From Acidobacteriota bacterium (GTDB lineage Bacteria; Acidobacteriota; UBA4820; DSQY01), in the NCBI GenBank assembly GCA_037384885.1, contig JARRNO010000001.1, forward strand, positions 1 through 48,202: a stretch of DNA of 48,202 nt, in the 5' to 3' direction. Below, piece after piece: positions 1 through 8,154 of the stretch (the stretch's first letter is position 1; every line of letters begins with the position of its first letter). The notes beneath the pieces were generated by a model that worked only from the letters and a program-made list of their open reading frames with translations, made no database searches and was not told where the DNA came from. The translations under genes were made by a program, and so were the position numbers.

Positions 1-93
1 GTCTACTTGTCGGACGAAGAGGTGCAACGCTACTACGAGAATTTTTCCAACGGCGTACTCTGGCCTCTTTTTCATTACCTGACGGACAAGTAG
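1..93 (+). pseudogene. otsA: Internal fragment of trehalose-6-phosphate synthase (GT20) lying in inverted orientation at the window edge
   Basis: Frame +1 from base 1 reads VYLSDEEVQRYYENFSNGVLWPLFHYLTDK*. This contains the GT20 hallmark FSNxxLWPLFHY. It is the natural continuation of the minus-strand fragment at 75..296 but sits on the opposite strand. Confidence 0.55.
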
Positions 94-296
94 ACCGGCG
101 CCGTCTTGAAACCAGCCAGCTTCTCTTCCAGGCGGGGAAGGGCTCCGGGCCAGCCGATCCACAGTGAGTCCGACCTCTGGTGAGGTCCGCGAAGTCCCGT
201 TGCCAAGCCTCCCGCCGAAGGGGTAATTTCGAAATCATCCCCCTTCGGCTTCACCGTAACCGGCAACCGATTCGAAACGATGAGTACCTTGCCCAT
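75..296 (-). pseudogene. otsA: N-terminal 73 codons of trehalose-6-phosphate synthase, truncated at an inversion junction
   Basis: The ORF MGKVLIVSNRLPV...SAGGLATGL...WIGWPG...APVYLSVR* matches the OtsA N-terminus. The reading frame is lost right after VYLS, exactly where the 11-nt inverted repeat (1-11 / 85-95) ends. Confidence 0.6.
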
Positions 297-402
297 GTCT
301 TCCCTGATCCTTCCCGAGTACGCCCGGCTTCGCTTACTCTAACCTTAAGACCTCGCGTTTTGCGCAGCAAGTAGAAGCGCTTTAAAAACCCCGGCCCGCC
401 TG

Positions 403-750
403 TCAGCCGAATGTTCCGCCGTTCCAGCCCCAGTCCCATGCTTCCACTTCCCTGAAATTCAGATAGACTCGGTCGCCCTTGATGCCCAGGGTCTCCCCAA
501 GAATCTCGCAAACCCGGCGGGACAGCTGCGTGTTGACATTTCCCCCGAGCCCGCCGATGCTCCGGACTTCGGCAAAAGCGGCTTCGCCCGATCTTCCCCC
601 CATCATGAGCGGCGTTGAATCCAGGGCGATCATGACATATTTCTCCGGTTTGCCGATGGTCTCCGATACGACTGTGGACAGCGACTTCATAAGATGCTCG
701 CGGACTTCATCGGCAAGCGCCATAGATGTTTCGACCTTCAGATACGGCAT
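403..750 (-). CDS. MIF / phenylpyruvate tautomerase family protein
   Basis: 115 aa starting MPYLKVET, with Pro directly after Met. Collinear resemblance to macrophage migration inhibitory factor over the full length (..GKPEKYVMIAL....GG.....A.AEVRSIGGLG...N..LS..VC.IL...LGI..DRVYLNF.......WGWNGGTF). Confidence 0.8.
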   Translation of the reverse strand: MPYLKVETSMALADEVREHLMKSLSTVVSETIGKPEKYVMIALDSTPLMMGGRSGEAAFAEVRSIGGLGGNVNTQLSRRVCEILGETLGIKGDRVYLNFREVEAWDWGWNGGTFG

Positions 751-809
751 GATGGCCTCCTATTCACATGTTGCGTGGCCCATCGCTCAAAACCCAGCCA
801 CACTCTCTC

Positions 810-1520
810 TTACGGGAGGGACCGGTCACCGTCAGGGCCACTCAGCCACCGCCCGAATTCACCCAGTGCGGTGGAGTGCAAAAGATAGAGGACGCGGTGG
901 CGACGGGCGAGTTTGACAACAGCCCGGAAGATCGCGCCGGAATCGTCCAGGTCCACGGGTTTCTCTGCAAATTTCTTGACGTAGCCCCACATGTGGTGAA
1001 GAGCGTTTCGCAGACATCCCGACGCGGGCTTTTCCCTCAAGAGTTCCGTCAAGACTTCAGCAAGCTCATGGAATCCTATGGCGCCGGCCGCCGCCTCCGG
1101 TCCGATGTCCTTGTATTTTCCCGGACTCCGGGCCATGACCGAGTACTTATGGTGCGCCCAGAGCGGTTGCGGCGCGGAAGGGAGGGGAATCCGTCCCGGC
1201 CCCTTTTCTTCGTACTTTTTTCGCAAGATCGCGAATTGCTCCCCGGGAGGGTTGATAAAGGCGCCCGGCCAGACGACCACCCCGTTCCGTGCGCCGAGAG
1301 GGCTTCTGTGAGAAAACCCTCTTAACTGCATTTCCGCAATGAGGGCGTCGTGTCGCGCCGCCAGAGCCGGGAGACGGCTCTTCCACCGCAGTGTTTCCGG
1401 ATGCCTGGAATATCCCTTTTTACCGTTGAGGAGAATCGAGTAGATCCCGTGAAGCTCCCGGTGCTCGCCCAAGAGGCTCCTGTCGTTCAAATAGCCCGGA
1501 TCGACATCCCAGATTCGCAT
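810..1520 (-). CDS. Pyrimidine dimer DNA glycosylase (Pyr_excise) fused to a DUF1722-like C-terminal domain
   Basis: The N-terminus MRIWDVDPGYLNDRSLLGEHRELHGI is typical of the Pyr_excise family. The central LWAHHKYSVMARSPGKYKDIG resembles DUF1722 (YbgA-like). The start abuts the stop of the upstream gene (1521). Confidence 0.65.
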   Translation of the reverse strand: MRIWDVDPGYLNDRSLLGEHRELHGIYSILLNGKKGYSRHPETLRWKSRLPALAARHDALIAEMQLRGFSHRSPLGARNGVVVWPGAFINPPGEQFAILRKKYEEKGPGRIPLPSAPQPLWAHHKYSVMARSPGKYKDIGPEAAAGAIGFHELAEVLTELLREKPASGCLRNALHHMWGYVKKFAEKPVDLDDSGAIFRAVVKLARRHRVLYLLHSTALGEFGRWLSGPDGDRSLP

Positions 1521-1967
1521 CTACCTTCCAGATTCCCCTACCGGCTCCTTCCCCTGAAACAGAAGACGCACCGGCTCACGGAAAAGGACCAGGAGCGTCA
1601 ACAGCCCGAGAATCGTACCGTAGGGGAAGCTCAGGCAAGACAGAACAGCTACGACCACGCAGAAGGTGTGGTGTCGGCGGGCGGCGATAAACCGCCCGGT
1701 CAGGTAACTGAGGAGCGCGACCGCGCCCACGGCGAAAGCAGTCATCCCTGCAATGATCAAGAACAGCCCGCCCACAAAGGCCGGCGGCGCCTCGACCTCT
1801 TTGCTCGAAACTGCTGCGGCGGCCATGAGAACAAACCCCGTAGCGCCATAGATGGCCGGGAGGAAAAGAAACATGGCGGCGAGGCCCGCCCTGATATACC
1901 AGAACCACGTCAGGAGCTTCAGGTGTTCCGCGTCCAGTATGGTTTGTCTTTCGCCTTCCCGCGTCAT
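1521..1967 (-). CDS. Small integral membrane protein, about 4 TM segments, function unknown
   Basis: I chose the internal ATG at 1967 (MTREGERQTILDAEHLKLL...) because the longer ORF would overlap the upstream gene. Four hydrophobic segments. It lies 1 nt after the stop of the upstream gene and is directly followed by the next start. Confidence 0.55.
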   Translation of the reverse strand: MTREGERQTILDAEHLKLLTWFWYIRAGLAAMFLFLPAIYGATGFVLMAAAAVSSKEVEAPPAFVGGLFLIIAGMTAFAVGAVALLSYLTGRFIAARRHHTFCVVVAVLSCLSFPYGTILGLLTLLVLFREPVRLLFQGKEPVGESGR

Positions 1968-1968
1968 G

Positions 1969-2916
1969 TTACCGGCTCCTTTCTGCCGTCGCTCCGGATG
2001 CCGTTCCAGCAGCCTTGGGGGCGTTCTTCCAAACGGACTCGACAGGATGCGAAAACCGCGTCTCCCCCAAATGCGCAAGTCCGTACATATCTTCGAGCGT
2101 CCTCAGCACCGAGTAATGGTTGATCCGTGATTCGCTGACGCCGGGACGGATCACTCCGCCCGAAAACATCGTCACGATATGGTTGGCGCGGGTAAAATCG
2201 TCTTCGTCCCAAGTCAGGATAAAGAGGCTGTTGTTCCGGCCGGCCCAGCGGATATACGGCCCCATGTTTTTCCGCAGCCAGGCGTCACCCTGGGTAATGC
2301 TGCCGTCATGCATGTCGTGATCCAGATTCGGGATCACGAAGTTGACGGTGGGAAGTTTGGAGAAGTCGCGCGGAAAACTCCTGAAAGGCAGGTTCCAGGA
2401 GGGGGGGAAACGCCCCCGGCGCTGCCAGTTCACCGCAGGATTGTGTTTACGGACATACGTGCCTCTCCGGCAACCTGTATACCCTTGGTCCGGCATGGAT
2501 TCGCTGAACACTGCAAAATCGAGGTCTGCTGCGCGAAGTTCACTCGCCAGGTTAGCGCCTGAGAGGTCATGCGGGCAGGAATCATCGGCGATCCCCTGCA
2601 TGGACCCTGAAAAAAGCGCCAGGTAGTTGGGCTGGCTTGGATGTGTCAAGGCATAGGACCTCTTGAACAAGACGCTCCGACTTGCGAGAGAGTTGATATA
2701 GGGCGCCTGCGGATTCCCAATGATCTGTCCGTACCCCTTGTTTTCTTCGATCACCACCACCACATGGCCGGGTCGTGGGAGGCTTTTTACGCGAACAACT
2801 TCGGGGCGAGCCGCCTGGCCTTTTCCGCCTTCGGCCCCGGCGTTGCGGCGGCAGGCGCTCCCTCCGGCTGTCAAGCCGGCCAGGAACACGAGACAGGCGA
2901 TGCGGCTTCTCCTCAC
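1969..2916 (-). CDS. Phosphoesterase-family (acid phosphatase / phospholipase C type) lipoprotein
   Basis: Lipoprotein-like signal LAGLTAGGSAC. Motifs VVVVIEENKGY, HPSQPNYLALFSG and NLDHDMHDG are typical of the Pfam phosphoesterase family. Confidence 0.75.
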   Translation of the reverse strand: MRRSRIACLVFLAGLTAGGSACRRNAGAEGGKGQAARPEVVRVKSLPRPGHVVVVIEENKGYGQIIGNPQAPYINSLASRSVLFKRSYALTHPSQPNYLALFSGSMQGIADDSCPHDLSGANLASELRAADLDFAVFSESMPDQGYTGCRRGTYVRKHNPAVNWQRRGRFPPSWNLPFRSFPRDFSKLPTVNFVIPNLDHDMHDGSITQGDAWLRKNMGPYIRWAGRNNSLFILTWDEDDFTRANHIVTMFSGGVIRPGVSESRINHYSVLRTLEDMYGLAHLGETRFSHPVESVWKNAPKAAGTASGATAERSR

Positions 2917-2917
2917 G

Positions 2918-3949
2918 TCAGGAATCCATCCTGAGCACTTCCGCGCCCCTGAGATGTCCCGCCTTCATGTCCAGAAGCGCCTGGTTTGCATCCGCCAGGG
3001 GATACTCTGTCACTTCGGGCTCGATCGGGATCTCGGCGGCCAGTTCTAAAAACTCCGTCACATCTTTGCGGGAGACGTTTGCCACGCTCTTGATTTCCTT
3101 CTCCATCCAGAGATGCTGCGGATAGTCGAGATTGAGCAGGTATGCCTTGTCGGCGTCCTCTTTACGGATGGCGTTGATCACCAGCCGGCCCCCTGCGTCC
3201 AGATTCTTGAGCGCGTCCACGACCGGCTTCCAGACGGGAGTGGTATCCACGATTGCATCCAGCTTTTCCGGAGACTCCGCTTCGGAGGGGCCGGCCCATT
3301 CCGCACCAAGCTCCATGGCGAAAGCCCTTTCCTTCTCACTGCGAGCAAAGACGTAGATCCGCGTTTCAGGCCAGCGGCGGCGCGCCATGGCAAGCATGAG
3401 ATGCCCCGAAGCGCCGAAGCCCGTCAGGCCAAGCGCTGCGCCGTTGGCGATCCCGGCCAGATTCAAGCTGCGGTACCCAATGGCCCCGGCGCAGAGAAGG
3501 GGCGCGGCCTGCGCGTCGGAGAATGTCTCGGGAATGGGATAGACGAAATCCTCCGGCACGACCATGTATTCCGCATATCCGCCGTTTGCATCCCGGCCGG
3601 TGGCCCGGAACTCGGGGCAGAGGTTTTCGTTCCCGCTCCTGCAGAACTTGCAGCGGCCGCAGGACGAAAACACCCACGCGACGCCGACCCTCGATCCCTC
3701 GGCGTGCCGGTGGGTTCCCGGACCGGTTTTGACAACCCGGCCCACGGCTTGGTGACCGAGAACAAGCGGCAGCGACGCGGGTGGGGTCCGGCCCTCGATT
3801 TCATCGAGTTCGGTGTGACAGACGCCGCACGTGGAAACGCGGACCAGCACCTCTCCGCTCTCGGGTTCGGGAATGGGAAGGTCCCCCAAATGGAGAGGAG
3901 ACGGATTGTCCCTCAGGGCGCCCAGTTCGCTCAGGATCATTGCTTTCAT
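2918..3949 (-). CDS. Zinc-dependent alcohol dehydrogenase (MDR superfamily)
   Basis: Start MKAMIL at 3949 with AGGGAG 8 nt upstream. Contains GVCHTELDEIEG, GHQAVGRV, the structural-Zn cysteine cluster CGRCKFCRSGNENLC, and the Rossmann motif GLTGFGASGH. Confidence 0.85.
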   Translation of the reverse strand: MKAMILSELGALRDNPSPLHLGDLPIPEPESGEVLVRVSTCGVCHTELDEIEGRTPPASLPLVLGHQAVGRVVKTGPGTHRHAEGSRVGVAWVFSSCGRCKFCRSGNENLCPEFRATGRDANGGYAEYMVVPEDFVYPIPETFSDAQAAPLLCAGAIGYRSLNLAGIANGAALGLTGFGASGHLMLAMARRRWPETRIYVFARSEKERAFAMELGAEWAGPSEAESPEKLDAIVDTTPVWKPVVDALKNLDAGGRLVINAIRKEDADKAYLLNLDYPQHLWMEKEIKSVANVSRKDVTEFLELAAEIPIEPEVTEYPLADANQALLDMKAGHLRGAEVLRMDS

Positions 3950-4112
3950 GGCCGTACTCCCTGGTTGGGGCCGGACCCAAAGGTCCGGGCGAATCATAAG
4001 AAGCAGCAATCCCCTCTTGTTTCAGTATAAACCCACAAGCTGAGACGCGTCTTTCCGTCGCGTGCCGCGCCGGGTGAGGCCATGGGAGATTTTCGCCGGG
4101 AGGAAGGGGATG

Positions 4113-4655
4113 TCAATTCGTAGCCGCAGCGCCCGGAGCATCCGGAGGAAGAGGTTTCTTGAACAGCCCGAGCTGCCGGAAGGCCGCCATGTTGTCCCAG
4201 GTCACCCACGTCTCTGCGATCTTCCCTTCTTTGAGCCGGTGGATACCCGACATGTCCAGGCGCATGGCCCGGTCCGTCGGCTGGAAGTCACCCAGCGGCC
4301 CCCGCTGTGTGCCGTGATAGACAGCCAGGAACGCGACGTAATCCCCTTCCGCCACCAGCCGGACCACCTCGATTTTCCTGTCCGGAAACGTTCTTTTGTC
4401 CGCCTCGAGAAACTCCTTGAAGGCGGTCAGGCTGTCCACGACCAGATCCGGCGTAGCCTGGCAGTGCCGGACATAATCCGTCCTTATCAAGGCGTCGAGG
4501 GCCGCAAGGTCGTTCCGGTTGACCGACTCGAACATTTCGGCGACGACATCCCTGTTCCGCGTTTCCGTCCCCGCAGGCCCCCGGCAGGTGCTCAAGAGGA
4601 GCAGCGCCGGCAGAAGCCCGAACGCCACCATCCACTCCCAACCCTTTCTTGTCAT
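4113..4655 (-). CDS. SnoaL-like / predicted ester cyclase lipoprotein
   Basis: Signal peptide ending LLLLSTC. The body (NRDVVAEMFESVNRNDLAALDALI..DYVRH...) resembles SnoaL polyketide-cyclase-like proteins. SD GGGAGAG lies upstream of the ATG. Confidence 0.65.
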   Translation of the reverse strand: MTRKGWEWMVAFGLLPALLLLSTCRGPAGTETRNRDVVAEMFESVNRNDLAALDALIRTDYVRHCQATPDLVVDSLTAFKEFLEADKRTFPDRKIEVVRLVAEGDYVAFLAVYHGTQRGPLGDFQPTDRAMRLDMSGIHRLKEGKIAETWVTWDNMAAFRQLGLFKKPLPPDAPGAAATN

Positions 4656-4756
4656 GGCATCTCTCCCGTGCGGGATTTTTTTGAGAATCCCCAGTTTCTC
4701 CTGCTATCAATGTAAGACTCGCCGGGAAGCTCCGCAAGAAGGACGCCCATCTGCAA

Positions 4757-7700
4757 TCACACGGCGCGCCTGGCTCCTTCGCCGTCTCTCCGGAGCCCCT
4801 GCAGGCCCCTGTGAACGACGACCCCCCGAATCGCCCAGGCGCGGTCCGCCGTGACCGTCAGCCCTCCGCGGTTGTTCTCGGCCTTCCCCTCGACCACCAG
4901 GGGTTTTCCGCGCGTGAGCAGCTGGCCGAAACGCCGGAAGGCATCTGGAAAGAGTACCAGTTCGGACAGCCCCGTGGGGTCCTCCAGTGTCGCGAAAGCC
5001 ATCCCTTCCCGGTGTCTGCGTGTGACAATCCGTTTGTTGGTGATCACCTGTCCCCACACCCGGACCCGCCGGCCGGCGCAGCCGGAAAGATCTTTCGCAT
5101 GAACATATCCCCTCGCCTCCGCCCATCCCAGAAGAGGCGCAAGGGGGTGCGCCGTGACGCAGTAGCCGAGCGTACGACGTTCTCCCGCCAGCACCTCCGC
5201 CAGGCTCAGGGGCCGTCCGGGATCGTCCGAGCGCTTCGCCTCGCGCCCCCAGGCGGCCGCCATTCGCGCGGGCCCGGGAGCACCCGGCGGCGGGCCGCAT
5301 GGGACGTAAAGTTCGATCCCGTCCTCAGCATTCGGAGCCGGACGCAGAACCGGGTCCCATCTCACCCGGTCTTCGGCCCGGGCCATCGCCTTGACGTCGC
5401 CCCCAAACGATTGAAGAAGGTACAGCATCATTCCCCGGTGTAATCCAAAACCGTCACAAGCGCCCGCGCGGATCAGAATCTCAAGATCAGCGGGCGCCAC
5501 GTGCGCCCTCAAGCGCGACCATAGGTCCGCCAGGGAGGAGAACGGCCGCTCGCCCCTTTCCTCGTAGAGCCTGTCCAGGACTGCGCGGCGCACTCCCCTC
5601 AGAGTGAGAAAGCCGCAGCGCAGACGCCGGTCCTTTCCGGCAAAATCCTCTTCAGAGGCGTTCACATCCGGGGACAGCACGGCCAACCCCCACCGCCGCG
5701 CCTCTTCCACGTAGGCCGGCGTCCCGTAGAATCCGCCCTGGTTGTTGATAAGCGCCGCGAAAAATTCAGCCGGGTGGTGCGCCTTCAAGTAGGCCACCTG
5801 GTAGGAAAGTTGGGCGAACGATGCGGAATGCGCCTTGCAGAACGCGTAGCCCGCGAAGCTCCGGATCTGCCGCCAGAGCTCTTCCATAACGGCGGGCGCG
5901 ATTCCGCGCTCTCCGCCCCTTTCGAAAAAAGCTCTTTCCAGGCCCGCCATCTCATCGCGGCTCCGATACTTTCCACTCATGGCCCGCCTCAGCAAGTCCG
6001 CTTCCCCCAGCGAAAGCCCGGCGAACTCGTGGGCCACGCGGATCACATCTTCCTGGTAGACCATGACCCCGAACGTATCGCGCAAAATGGGCTCCAGCGC
6101 GGGATGGGCATAGACCGGAGGCTCTTCTCCCAGCCGGCGCGCCACGTAAGCATCCATCATGCCTGACTCGCTTACGCCGGGACGGATGATGGAGGAAACC
6201 GCGGTGAGGTCACGGAAAGTGCGTGTTTTCAGGCGCTGGAGGAGGAGACGCATCCCGGGCGATTCGATGTAAAAGCAGCCCATGGTCTTTCCCTGTTGGA
6301 GAATCGCGTTTGTTGGCGCATCGCCGTAGGCCCGCTCAGGCGGGAAGACAGAAGGAACCGCCCCCGTGTGCCGCTTGACCGCATCCACAGCGTCGATCAG
6401 AACCCCGAGCGAACGGTTGCCCAGCAGGTCGATCTTGACAAGCCCCATTGCCTCCACATCGAACATGTCGGCCTGCGTGACGGCAAGGCCCCGCGCCGAG
6501 CGCTGGAGGCTCAGCCTGCGGGTGAGCGGCTGGGGGGACACCACCACGCCGCCGCAGTGAACGGAGAGGTGGCGCGGAAAGCCGTCGACCCACGAGGCCG
6601 CCCGCAGGATGTCACGCCATGGGTGGTCCCGAAGCGGGGCGCCTCGCCCTGCGGGAGAACACTTCAAGGCCAGGGCAAAGTCCTTGGCCGCCGTGTGGGG
6701 GACGGCTTTCGCCACCAGCCCCAGCTCTTCTTCCGGCACGCCCATGGCCTTACCCACCTCCCGGAAGGCCGAGCGCATGGAAAAGCAGTTGTGCGTGGCG
6801 ATCATGCAAACGTTCGCTTCGCCGTAGGTATCGTAGACATGGCGGATCACCAGATCGCGCTCACGCCATGAAAAATCCAGGTCGATATCGGGCGGATTCC
6901 TCCGCTCCGGATTCAGAAAGCGCTCGAAATACAGCCCCTCCTTCACAGGATCCACGTGCGTAAGCCCGAGGCAGTAAGACACGAGGCTGGACGCACCGGA
7001 CCCTCTTCCGATGTTGGGGATGCCTTCCCGCCTGGCGAAGCGGGCGATATCTTCCACCACCAGGAAATAACCCGCAAACCCCATCCTGGAAATCACGTCG
7101 ATCTCATTCTCCAGCCGCCGGAGATATGCCGTCGTTACGTTGTTCACCCTACGGGCCAGGCCCGCGTAAGACAGCGCGGAAAGTCGTGATCCAGCCGTCT
7201 CTCCGGGCGGCAGCGGCGGGGCGGGAAGCTGCCAGTTCCCCAGGGGCAGTTCCACGTTGCATGCGGCGGCCAGATCCGCCGCGGCTTCCAGGGCCCCGGG
7301 GCGGGAGGCGAACCGCGCCTTCATTTGCTCCGGAGAAAGAAGGTAGTCGCCGGGCGCGCTTTCCGGCGGCCGGTGCTTGGCGGCGCGGAGAATGCGGTGA
7401 ATGACATATCCACCGGGATCGCAGAAGGCCGCCGTGGGCGCCGCCAGGACGGGGAGACCGAGCCATTCGGCCACGGCGCAGGCCTCCCCGTCTCCTTCGC
7501 GGTCCCGGCCCGTCAGCCGGGCATAGAGCCGCCCCTTTTGGGCGCCCGCTTTTTTCAAGCGGTAGAGCAGCTTGCGCCCGGAAGCCGCCAGCGCCACATG
7601 TCCTCCCGCCGTGGCGGCGGCCGCCTCTCCGGCGCGGTCGAACCGGCCGGGTTCGAGCTGCCGGCGGGTGATCAGCCCGCACAACCGCGAATAACCTTCG

Positions 7701-7960
7701 AAATCGAGAGCAAACGCGAAGAGGCGGCCGCTCCCGGGACGCACCCCTTCCGGAGACGTCAACTCCACGCCGAGAATGGGCTTGAGATTCGCCCGCTTCG
7801 CCAGGTTGTAAAAACGGACCGCCGCATAGAGCCCGTCGCGGTCGCACAATCCCGCCGCACCATACCCCTTCGCCGCGGCCTGCTCCACAAGGCCTTCCAC
7901 GCTCATGGCGCCGGAATAGAAGGTATAGGCGGTGCGGTTGACCAGCGGTACGGCGGACAT
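4757..7960 (-). CDS. dnaE2: Error-prone DNA polymerase III alpha-subunit paralogue (DnaE2 / ImuC type)
   Basis: 1067 aa. Pol III alpha core motifs GRGSGASSLVSYCLGLT and FERFLNPERRNPPDIDLDF. The N-terminal PHP region is degenerate, without the HxH motif. C-terminal OB fold. AGGAG lies 7 nt upstream of the ATG. Confidence 0.85.
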   Translation of the reverse strand: MSAVPLVNRTAYTFYSGAMSVEGLVEQAAAKGYGAAGLCDRDGLYAAVRFYNLAKRANLKPILGVELTSPEGVRPGSGRLFAFALDFEGYSRLCGLITRRQLEPGRFDRAGEAAAATAGGHVALAASGRKLLYRLKKAGAQKGRLYARLTGRDREGDGEACAVAEWLGLPVLAAPTAAFCDPGGYVIHRILRAAKHRPPESAPGDYLLSPEQMKARFASRPGALEAAADLAAACNVELPLGNWQLPAPPLPPGETAGSRLSALSYAGLARRVNNVTTAYLRRLENEIDVISRMGFAGYFLVVEDIARFARREGIPNIGRGSGASSLVSYCLGLTHVDPVKEGLYFERFLNPERRNPPDIDLDFSWRERDLVIRHVYDTYGEANVCMIATHNCFSMRSAFREVGKAMGVPEEELGLVAKAVPHTAAKDFALALKCSPAGRGAPLRDHPWRDILRAASWVDGFPRHLSVHCGGVVVSPQPLTRRLSLQRSARGLAVTQADMFDVEAMGLVKIDLLGNRSLGVLIDAVDAVKRHTGAVPSVFPPERAYGDAPTNAILQQGKTMGCFYIESPGMRLLLQRLKTRTFRDLTAVSSIIRPGVSESGMMDAYVARRLGEEPPVYAHPALEPILRDTFGVMVYQEDVIRVAHEFAGLSLGEADLLRRAMSGKYRSRDEMAGLERAFFERGGERGIAPAVMEELWRQIRSFAGYAFCKAHSASFAQLSYQVAYLKAHHPAEFFAALINNQGGFYGTPAYVEEARRWGLAVLSPDVNASEEDFAGKDRRLRCGFLTLRGVRRAVLDRLYEERGERPFSSLADLWSRLRAHVAPADLEILIRAGACDGFGLHRGMMLYLLQSFGGDVKAMARAEDRVRWDPVLRPAPNAEDGIELYVPCGPPPGAPGPARMAAAWGREAKRSDDPGRPLSLAEVLAGERRTLGYCVTAHPLAPLLGWAEARGYVHAKDLSGCAGRRVRVWGQVITNKRIVTRRHREGMAFATLEDPTGLSELVLFPDAFRRFGQLLTRGKPLVVEGKAENNRGGLTVTADRAWAIRGVVVHRGLQGLRRDGEGARRAV

Positions 7961-7972
7961 GAATAAACTCCT

Positions 7973-7996
7973 TCAAGGAATGGGAATAGCGCGCAT
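7973..7996 (-). other. 7-codon upstream ORF (MRAIPIP*) in the dnaE2 leader
   Basis: Its ATG, with SD GAGGATAG, is part of the module duplicated from the S24 repressor gene. The stop TGA is followed directly by AGGAG and the dnaE2 ATG 12 nt later. Whether it is translated is unproven. Confidence 0.35.
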
Positions 7997-8015
7997 GACT
8001 ATCCTCTAACCACAA

Positions 8016-8044
8016 AATATAGTCATTTATGACCATTTTTTCAA
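8016..8044 (-). promoter_or_regulatory. dnaE2 promoter with overlapping palindromic operator
   Basis: The minus strand reads TTGAAA-17 nt-TATATT. The spacer and -10 contain TGGTCATAAATGACTA (core GTCATNNATGAC at 8022-8033). It aligns without gaps to 14345-14373. Confidence 0.6.
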
Positions 8045-8078
8045 GTAAAAAAGAGGGCGGAGACAACCCCGCCCGCTC
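8045..8078 (-). terminator. Rho-independent terminator of the S8 protease gene
   Basis: The minus strand reads GGGCGG-8 nt loop-CCGCCC followed by TCTTTTTTAC. It lies about 80 nt after the stop at 8155. Confidence 0.7.
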
Positions 8079-8154
8079 CCGAAAGGAGGGAAGTTTCAAT
8101 GAGGACTTGGTGCGGCAAATCTTGGCGCTTGCAGTAGCTGCCTTTCCAGCCTTC

